Positions 1 through 5,801 of a stretch of DNA of 10,157 nucleotides are shown in pieces. Each line of letters starts with the position of its first letter. Positions within the stretch are counted from its first letter, which is position 1. This stretch comes from Candidatus Heimdallarchaeota archaeon (GTDB lineage: Archaea > Asgardarchaeota > Heimdallarchaeia > Heimdallarchaeales > Heimdallarchaeaceae): positions 1 to 10,157 of the forward strand of contig DAOVET010000095.1 of the NCBI GenBank assembly GCA_030668825.1, read 5' to 3'. The translations under genes and the position numbers were made by a program. Below the pieces are notes generated by a model. It saw nothing but the letters and a program-made list of their open reading frames with translations. It did not search any database and was not told the origin of the DNA.

Positions 1-1126
1 AGGATTATATGGTTTTACTAATCTCGATATTATGATGGACTATGAATTAATTTCAACAGTTCCAACATCTGAAATTAATAAATTAAATCGGTTTTATGGG
101 CTTTATGTTGCAAAGTTGAATTCGCCTCCTGATTACCTTATATTTGAACCATCTAATCCAGCTTCAACTTACTTGGGAATGTCTTTAGCTGTTCATGATT
201 TGAATGGATGGACTGTAACAAAAAGCGTTCAAAATACAAATATTGTTGAACTCTTGAATGGAACAATTGTTAATGAAGCATATATAATAACTAGTTTGAT
301 GTCTGCATCAACACCGATAATCCCAGTAGTGAATCAATTTGGTTTAGGAACTACTGATTATATTGATTATACTCTGTCACCAGGAAGCGTTCTTACTGTA
401 GGTTCTCTTAGCTATAATTATGCAGGAGGCATTTGGAATTTATCTTTGTCCAATGTGGTTATTCTAGATGAAAATGCATCAGTTGTCACTGATTCAAGTG
501 GAATTTGGGTTTATGTTAAATTCCAAGTTGAAGGTACCTCGACAGTTTATAATGTCCTTGCGATGAACTATTCAGTATCTTTTGACTGGTACATTACACT
601 ATCATTACAGGCATTTGATGAAGATGACTATGAAGTGTCAATCATAGCCACTGGTAACAAACAATATGGTAAATCACAGGTAGATGTTATTAGTGTTGAT
701 CACATTCTAGCAGTTGAAAAACCTTCTTTCACTTTGAACAGTGAATCAACGGGGATTTATGTAAGGGCAAATGCAAGTTACACTCAACTTGACGCGTGGA
801 ATTCATTCTCAAAAAATGTTCTTGTGATGATTCTCTTATATGATTCACAAGGGGTAACTGTAGATGCATTTTCGATGCTTTATAATCCATCTACAAATGA
901 CTGGGAAAGTGGTTTAGTCGATCTCAGTATATATTTCGGAAACTATCATATCAAAGTAAGTTTCAGATATGCGGGTCGAACTGTAAAATCTGTAGATTCG
1001 GATATATTTGCTATTGAAGGTAATCCACTTCCAACAACTTCATTAGATTTTTCATTCTGGATGGGATTAATTATTATCAGTATTGGAATATTAATTGTAA
1101 CAATTAAAAGAAGAAGTAAAAGATAG
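1..1126 (+). CDS. 5'-truncated membrane-anchored extracellular/surface protein, function unknown
   Basis: The frame is open back to the window edge (GGA TTA TAT GGT TTT ACT AAT CTC GAT ATT ATG), so ATG 32 is probably internal. The protein is Ser/Thr/Val/Asn/Tyr-rich and beta-sandwich-like. It ends with a Pro/Thr linker, a hydrophobic helix (FSFWMGLIIISIGILIVTI) and a basic tail (KRRSKR). Confidence 0.8.
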   Translation, partial: GLYGFTNLDIMMDYELISTVPTSEINKLNRFYGLYVAKLNSPPDYLIFEPSNPASTYLGMSLAVHDLNGWTVTKSVQNTNIVELLNGTIVNEAYIITSLMSASTPIIPVVNQFGLGTTDYIDYTLSPGSVLTVGSLSYNYAGGIWNLSLSNVVILDENASVVTDSSGIWVYVKFQVEGTSTVYNVLAMNYSVSFDWYITLSLQAFDEDDYEVSIIATGNKQYGKSQVDVISVDHILAVEKPSFTLNSESTGIYVRANASYTQLDAWNSFSKNVLVMILLYDSQGVTVDAFSMLYNPSTNDWESGLVDLSIYFGNYHIKVSFRYAGRTVKSVDSDIFAIEGNPLPTTSLDFSFWMGLIIISIGILIVTIKRRSKR

Positions 1127-1144
1127 AACTTCCTCTTCTAATCT

Positions 1145-1158
1145 CGTTTTTTTCATTT
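1145..1158 (+). terminator. Oligo-T tract, likely archaeal terminator of the surface-protein gene
   Basis: cgtttttttcattt lies about 20 nt after the TAG at 1126. Confidence 0.4.
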
Positions 1159-1217
1159 ATTAAACTACCATTTACTATGACATGAATTTTGTACAAATTT
1201 TTAGAAGTACCTAGATC

Positions 1218-1350
1218 ACATCATGGGGACGCCACATCCCCTCCTACCCCACCCACATCTTTACGCAAAGATACTTACGGTTCGCTTTTGCATGATTGTT
1301 GAATGTAAACCCGAGGATCACCATAAAGTTGGTGCATGTCTACACTCCTT
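1218..1350 (-). ncRNA. Putative structured RNA of about 130 nt, family not recognised
   Basis: GC-richer island with several helices whose wobble pairs read as G-U on the minus strand. Pairings: 1347-1338 with 1310-1301 (10 bp), 1334-1330 with 1323-1319, 1296-1291 with 1225-1220, 1272-1267 with 1262-1257, and 1241-1235 with 1231-1225. A minus-strand TTTAAATA sits at 1380-1373. Confidence 0.45.
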
Positions 1351-1370
1351 CAGATTAGAAATTACATCAC

Positions 1371-1380
1371 TATATTTAAA
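1371..1380 (-). promoter_or_regulatory. Archaeal TATA box (TTTAAATATA) for a minus-strand transcript starting near 1350
   Basis: Matches the TTTAWATA consensus, about 25 nt upstream of the first helix of the structured segment. Confidence 0.4.
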
Positions 1381-1410
1381 CACCAAAAAAATGTACAAAG
1401 TTATGTATAA

Positions 1411-1419
1411 TTTTATATA
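1411..1419 (+). promoter_or_regulatory. TATA box for a probably leaderless GTPase mRNA
   Basis: TTTTATATA ends about 22 nt before ATG 1442, and there is no Shine-Dalgarno motif before that ATG. Confidence 0.5.
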
Positions 1420-1441
1420 CTAATTCTCTAAATAAACATTC

Positions 1442-2200
1442 ATGAGTCAACTAGAGTTATCTGACCTTTTTTCAGTTGATAGGGAAGGAAAACCAACAAT
1501 TAAGATAGTTCTGTTTGGACCTCCGATGAGTGGTAAAACAAGCATGTTGACAGTTTTCAATGCACTCAGAAGAATGGAGAATCCAAAAACTATTGTTTCG
1601 GCATTAACAAAAATACAAGACGATTCAGGTCGTACAGTATTTTTTGATCAAGGCGTCTTTCAAACACCTCCATTTAAAGGAAATAATTTTGATAGATTGC
1701 GATACCAACTCTGGACAGTTCCTGGAGAAGAAAGACACAAAGTTCAGAGAGATATTGTCATGAAAGGTGTCGATGCAGTTATTCTATTTTTGAACTTCGA
1801 AAAAGCAGCAAAGGAGCAAAATGAAGCAATTATTAAGGAAGCTAAGGAAATAGTAGGTGAGAAATTTGGATCCGAGATTCCTGTAGTTGCTTATATCAAC
1901 AAATCTGATTTACCCGCTGAAGAAAGACTTGATAAGAGAGATATTATCCAAAATCTACTTGATGAAGGTGCCATTCATAGTGATAAAGCCGCAAACTTAG
2001 TATTAACTGGAAGCTGCTTAAATGCAAGGAATGAATTACTTTCTATCCTAACATCTCCAAAAAGAGATGAGCATTTTGATGATAGTAATAGATTGAGAAT
2101 AGACAAGAGACCAGATTCAGTTTGGTTGATTGTTAAACCTATTCAAAAACTCACTCAGTTAGCTGTAGAACAAAGATTGGAATACGTCCAGAACATCTGA
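1442..2200 (+). CDS. mglA: MglA-like small GTPase (Ras superfamily), 252 aa, with a C-terminal extension
   Basis: G1 KIVLFGPPMSGKTS; switch I GRTVFFD (MglA-type RTxFFD with the intrinsic Arg); G3 WTVPGE (MglA TVPGQ rather than DxxG); MKGVDAV; G4 NKSD; G5-like GSC. Confidence 0.88.
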   Translation: MSQLELSDLFSVDREGKPTIKIVLFGPPMSGKTSMLTVFNALRRMENPKTIVSALTKIQDDSGRTVFFDQGVFQTPPFKGNNFDRLRYQLWTVPGEERHKVQRDIVMKGVDAVILFLNFEKAAKEQNEAIIKEAKEIVGEKFGSEIPVVAYINKSDLPAEERLDKRDIIQNLLDEGAIHSDKAANLVLTGSCLNARNELLSILTSPKRDEHFDDSNRLRIDKRPDSVWLIVKPIQKLTQLAVEQRLEYVQNI

Positions 2201-2306
2201 AATTCCATTCTTTTCCAGTTTTAAATCTATTATAATAATTGGATTAATTTTAAACACCAAATAGCAAAAAAAGATAAGACAACTTTCTTACAAAAGAGAT
2301 GAGTGT

Positions 2307-2870
2307 TTAGAATTGAATTACGTTATCTACACTAATTTTTGCTAATTCGTATGGGGTGTTGCGTGGAACTTCAACTAAACGGAGTTCAAAATGGCTTCTT
2401 CTGAAATATCTACCCTCGAAGCTGAAATATTCGTCCATTGTTTTTCTTAACATTCTGTTAAGAGATTCAGTGATATCTCTTGTTCCAACAGGTTTGTGAT
2501 TAAAGTATTTGCTTTGAACTACTCTAATTAGCTCATATTTGCTTATTTTAGTTTGATCCCTTAGACGTAACAACTCGAGCATTAAAGCTGAGTTTACCTG
2601 ACCACTATAACAATTTAATCTATTGATGATTCTCTTATAGCGGATAGGATGCGCGTCTTCTATCCTAAATCGGTCAACGCTTAAGAAAGCACCTGCGCTA
2701 TAGGCTATAATCAACCCCATAACTGCATTAAATTCTCGCAAACGAATTGCTTCATTTAAACGAACTCTTTTACCACTCTCAGTTGTAAATAGTTGAGCTG
2801 ATTGTCGTAGAACAAGATCAATCCGGGCCCTCACCTCTAGTTCGTCCATATCTTGCTGAAATATGCCCAC
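2307..2870 (-). CDS. Hypothetical Arg-rich protein of about 187 aa, possibly nucleic-acid binding (winged-helix-like C-terminal half)
   Basis: Long uninterrupted ORF (track 2307-2879) with 23 Arg. AGGTGA at 2881-2876 lies 5 nt before GTG 2870, making that the likelier start. It has its own BRE/TATA at about 2933-2918. No family motif recognised. Confidence 0.7.
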   Translation of the reverse strand: MGIFQQDMDELEVRARIDLVLRQSAQLFTTESGKRVRLNEAIRLREFNAVMGLIIAYSAGAFLSVDRFRIEDAHPIRYKRIINRLNCYSGQVNSALMLELLRLRDQTKISKYELIRVVQSKYFNHKPVGTRDITESLNRMLRKTMDEYFSFEGRYFRRSHFELRLVEVPRNTPYELAKISVDNVIQF

Positions 2871-2890
2871 AGTTATCACCTGGGTTTACG

Positions 2891-2913
2891 TGTGCTAGCC
2901 ATAAAATAGCACA
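2891..2913. promoter_or_regulatory. Perfect 7-bp inverted repeat TGTGCTA-N9-TAGCACA, candidate operator
   Basis: Directly visible. It lies between the TATA box and the expected transcription start, with a related half-site TAGCATA at 2936-2942. Confidence 0.45.
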
Positions 2914-2917
2914 TGCC

Positions 2918-2933
2918 TTTATATACTTTTTCC
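2918..2933 (-). promoter_or_regulatory. BRE plus TATA promoter of the Arg-rich gene
   Basis: The minus strand reads GGAAAAAG-TATATAAA, a purine-rich BRE followed by a TATA box. Confidence 0.55.
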
Positions 2934-3021
2934 AGTAGCATATAATCTTCTAAGCTACTTTAAGGCTTTGAAACCTTTAAATTTATGCTTTTTACATTTT
3001 AATAATTGGAATAAAAAACTC

Positions 3022-3071
3022 TAGAATGAAACCTCGAGCTTTTATAGTAATTTAAAGATATTAGAATGAAA
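3022..3071 (+). repeat. Direct repeat TAGAATGAAA, two copies 40 bp apart
   Basis: Exact copies at 3022-3031 and 3062-3071, plus a partial AATGAAA at 3131-3137. Confidence 0.55.
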
Positions 3072-3165
3072 TAAGTGGGTGCAAAGAGCTAAGAGATTAG
3101 CTTTGTTGTGAACTTACAAATGGTTTAAATAATGAAATCATGAGATAAAAACTGTGGTGAAAAAT

Positions 3166-4215
3166 ATGCCTATCGCGCCCATGACAAATGCTGTTGGAAT
3201 TGATTTAGGAACAAGTACAATAAAACTTACTTCAGGAGACAATAAGTATAGGATTCCTTCTGTTATAGGAACACCTAATCCTGGTTGGCAAGGTATGTCT
3301 TCTGATAAAAGTTGGCTAAACAATCTTATCATAGAAGATGCAAAAGGACAAGAGGTTTACATAGGTGAACTAGCTAGGCTGCAAAGTGAGATTAGAAAGC
3401 CTTTAGCTTCAGAAGGAAAGATGAAATCAATTCAAAATAGTCTTCTGGCTTTGAAAGCTATTTTGAGTCTTATTATGAAATCCAGTTATGAACAATTTGT
3501 AGTTGCTACAGGTGTTCCCATTGCAACTGGCGTTAATGAGAGTAAGGAACTAAGTAGAGGTCTCAAAGGAACTCACGAAATTAAGGTTCGAAATGATGCT
3601 ACTGGTGAATCAAAGCAGATGAAAATCTTAATTGAGCAAGTATTCATTGCACCAGAACCTTACGGAACTTACTGGCACACATTAAAAACAAGCGGTGTTC
3701 AAACTGCAGTAGATTCGATAATTGTAGATGTTGGTCACGGAACTACTGACATTCTATGTATGTATAAAGGTAACATGATGAGAGCTGCATCAGGTACTTT
3801 AGAAGAAGCTGTAGACAGTTTAACAAGTGCTCTATCTAGAGCAATTCAAGAAAAAGCTGGTAAAATCATACGACCATTTGATTTAATGACAGCTATAGAA
3901 CAAGGTAAGAAAAATATTCTAGTTGGTGGAAAAGCTCTAGATATTACCTCAGCAATGGATCAAGCAGTTACTTCTATTGCTGACGTGATTGTTGATGAAA
4001 GCAATCGGCTTCTAAACAATCTTCCTCCTGATGCCTGGATCGAGAAAGTTATTGTCTGTGGTGGAGGAGCATATGTCTTTGGTGATTATCTAAAACAAGC
4101 CTTCTTTGAAGCGAACATAGTTAAGAACACCAATGAAGTATTGCAACCAACTGATGCTGTGATGTCAAACGCTTTAGGTTTTGAGCAAATCGCTCTAACA
4201 AAATTAAAGAAATAA
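3166..4215 (+). CDS. Actin-fold ATPase, ParM/StbA (Ta0583-like) family
   Basis: Phosphate-1 GIDLGTSTIK; ATGVP; connect-1 IAPEPYG; phosphate-2 VDVGHGTTD; adenosine VCGGGAY; connect-2 SNALGF. SD GGTGA at 3156-3160 favours ATG 3166 over GTG 3154; ATG 3181 is also possible. Confidence 0.9.
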   Translation: MPIAPMTNAVGIDLGTSTIKLTSGDNKYRIPSVIGTPNPGWQGMSSDKSWLNNLIIEDAKGQEVYIGELARLQSEIRKPLASEGKMKSIQNSLLALKAILSLIMKSSYEQFVVATGVPIATGVNESKELSRGLKGTHEIKVRNDATGESKQMKILIEQVFIAPEPYGTYWHTLKTSGVQTAVDSIIVDVGHGTTDILCMYKGNMMRAASGTLEEAVDSLTSALSRAIQEKAGKIIRPFDLMTAIEQGKKNILVGGKALDITSAMDQAVTSIADVIVDESNRLLNNLPPDAWIEKVIVCGGGAYVFGDYLKQAFFEANIVKNTNEVLQPTDAVMSNALGFEQIALTKLKK

Positions 4216-4225
4216 GAAGTATCAA

Positions 4226-4243
4226 GTTTTTTTTACTTTTCTT
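4226..4243 (+). terminator. Oligo-T tract between the convergent actin-like and pssA genes
   Basis: A long T run followed by acttttctt directly after the TAA at 4215. Confidence 0.5.
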
Positions 4244-5029
4244 TTATTCTTTCACATCTTTTTTAGGTCCCAATTTCAAATTTTTATCAAGTTTCATAGC
4301 ATAACCTGGACCCGCAATAAGATAAATTATCATTAGAATTGCAATACCATAAGCAGGATAAACCATCCAATTTGGATTGAAAGGAAGTACAGCAAAAAGA
4401 ACAACACACAGTGTAGTAGATACTATCCAAAACATTTCAAATTTTGTGGGTACTCCCTTAAAGGAGGGAAATGGGATTTTTGATAACATGAATCCTGAAA
4501 TTATTACTGTCGATAACATAATTACCCATTGTTCTGTGTATGGAAAAATAACTAAACAAGCAACAACCATCCCTGCAAATGGACTAGGCAGTCCATTAAA
4601 ATAAGGTGTATAAAGTGGATCTCGCTTAACGAAACGATAAAGTCTAAACCATACTGCGCCTAAATAAACTAACCCTGTGAAAATGCCTGCAACAATATTC
4701 CATGTTTGAATAGACCAAGAAGCAACTGTGTAACCCAAGTATATAGCTGGAAAGATTCCAAAAGAAATAGAATCCACAATTGTATCAATATCAACAGCCA
4801 ATTTTCTACTGCCGCTTATTCTTGCTAATTTTCCATCTGCAAAATCAAATATAGAACATAATGCTATTATTTTTGCAAACCAATAGTTAAAATCTGTTGG
4901 ATTAATAAAAGTGAAAACAATTCCAATAATTGCCAGAATCAAGCTTGAAAAAGTAAGGAAATTTGCCAAAATCCAAGCTGTCTTTTTTATCCAGTTTTTT
5001 TGCAGAAATGTTACGTCTTGCCATTCCAT
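4244..5029 (-). CDS. pssA: Archaetidylserine/phosphatidylserine synthase (CDP-alcohol phosphatidyltransferase)
   Basis: CDP-AP motif DFADGKLAR-x7-A-x3-D-x3-D followed by SFG, plus FRLYRF and FNGLPSP motifs and several TM helices. Its ATG directly abuts the psd stop codon (TAAATG at 5032-5027). Confidence 0.9.
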   Translation of the reverse strand: MEWQDVTFLQKNWIKKTAWILANFLTFSSLILAIIGIVFTFINPTDFNYWFAKIIALCSIFDFADGKLARISGSRKLAVDIDTIVDSISFGIFPAIYLGYTVASWSIQTWNIVAGIFTGLVYLGAVWFRLYRFVKRDPLYTPYFNGLPSPFAGMVVACLVIFPYTEQWVIMLSTVIISGFMLSKIPFPSFKGVPTKFEMFWIVSTTLCVVLFAVLPFNPNWMVYPAYGIAILMIIYLIAGPGYAMKLDKNLKLGPKKDVKE

Positions 5030-5680
5030 TTAATCACATTCAGCTAACACTGTCTTCCCAGCTCTTACTACATCAGATATACCTATCTTAAATTTAAACT
5101 TTTTATCGCTTTTGATTTCTAAACTTGTTAGTGAACCAAACCTGATGGTTCCTATTACTTCCCCTTGTTTTACGCTATCTCCACCCTTAACATAAGCAAC
5201 TGTTCTTCTTGCATAGATACCCGAAATCTGAGTTACAACTGCATTAATGTTTCCTACTTCATCAATAATTTCTATCTTATTCCTCTGGTTTTTCTTTGCA
5301 TAATTTGGAAAATATGCAGGCCAATGAGCCCCCTTCTTGAATACTGTTTTTGTTACTTTTCCTTTAATTGGACTTCTTGTCATATGAACATCAAATGGTG
5401 ACATTCTAATTACACAATAGATTATTCCTTCTTTTTCTTCCACTTCCATAATTCTTCCATCAGCTGGAGCTAGAATTTTTTTGATGTCTATACCAAAGAA
5501 CCTTTCAGGATCTCTAAAACTCCAAATAATGAAAGAACTTGCTATTATAATTAAGCCGAGTATAATAAAATGCCAATAGAAGCTGGTTAGATACCATATT
5601 ACAAATGATAAAACGAAACATAGAGCTGAAAAAGCTAGTAAAAACAAAACAATGAACTTTGTTCCTTTTGCTATAGTCAT
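5030..5680 (-). CDS. psd: Archaetidylserine/phosphatidylserine decarboxylase proenzyme (pyruvoyl-dependent)
   Basis: Two N-terminal TM helices, FRDPER, APADG, MSPFDVH, and the RFGS self-cleavage motif. GAGGA precedes ATG 5680, which is preferred over TTG 5692. Confidence 0.92.
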   Translation of the reverse strand: MTIAKGTKFIVLFLLAFSALCFVLSFVIWYLTSFYWHFIILGLIIIASSFIIWSFRDPERFFGIDIKKILAPADGRIMEVEEKEGIIYCVIRMSPFDVHMTRSPIKGKVTKTVFKKGAHWPAYFPNYAKKNQRNKIEIIDEVGNINAVVTQISGIYARRTVAYVKGGDSVKQGEVIGTIRFGSLTSLEIKSDKKFKFKIGISDVVRAGKTVLAECD

Positions 5681-5708
5681 TTGAATCCTCAAACTTCCCT
5701 TGTGTAAC

Positions 5709-5736
5709 TAATCTCGTGAGAATCTCAAGAGGATTA
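5709..5736. promoter_or_regulatory. Imperfect palindrome upstream of psd-pssA, candidate operator
   Basis: TAAT-CTCgTGAGA-A-TCTCAaGAG-g-ATTA, centred on 5722. Confidence 0.45.
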
Positions 5737-5770
5737 AAGAAAACAGTGTTAAAAATGTTTGCCAAAGGGA

Positions 5771-5801
5771 GAAAAAAGAGGAAGAAAAAAGAGGAAAAAA
5801 A
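5771..5801 (-). terminator. Pyrimidine/T-rich terminator of the subtilase gene, containing a 13-bp tandem duplication
   Basis: GAAAAAAGAGGAA occurs at 5771-5783 and 5784-5796. On the minus strand this gives three T runs right after the stop codon. Confidence 0.55.

Noticed and set aside
1225-1285. Possible c-di-GMP-I riboswitch (GGGACGC and ACGCAAAG fragments)
   Set aside because: The fragments are not contiguous, the GCAAAC...GAAA hairpin is missing, and the wobble pairs favour the other strand.
1223-1423. 66-aa plus-strand ORF (MGTPHPLLPHPH...)
   Set aside because: No SD or recognisable motif. The Pro/His start just reflects the C-rich strand of the structured island, and the ORF runs across both TATA boxes.
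3138-3332. 64-aa minus-strand ORF
   Set aside because: Antisense shadow of the well-supported actin-like gene.
3166-4215. Calling this a true eukaryote-like actin (Lokiactin/crenactin) or MreB
   Set aside because: It lacks actin-type DNGSG and MreB-type IEEP and DIGGGT signatures. TGVP, PEPYG, DVGHGTTD and NALGF fit the ParM/StbA/Ta0583 type.
5711-5721. Resemblance of CTCACGAGAT (minus strand) to an SREBP E-box/SRE
   Set aside because: Imperfect short match, and there is no bHLH factor in view. It is better explained as part of the local palindrome.
4377-5765. Short ORFs 4377-4604 (+), 5165-5401 (+) and 5514-5765 (-)
   Set aside because: They overlap pssA or psd antisense or out of frame and carry no motifs.
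5771-5796. 13-bp tandem repeat as a CRISPR or mobile-element remnant
   Set aside because: Two low-complexity copies with no spacer, consistent with slippage in a terminator tract.
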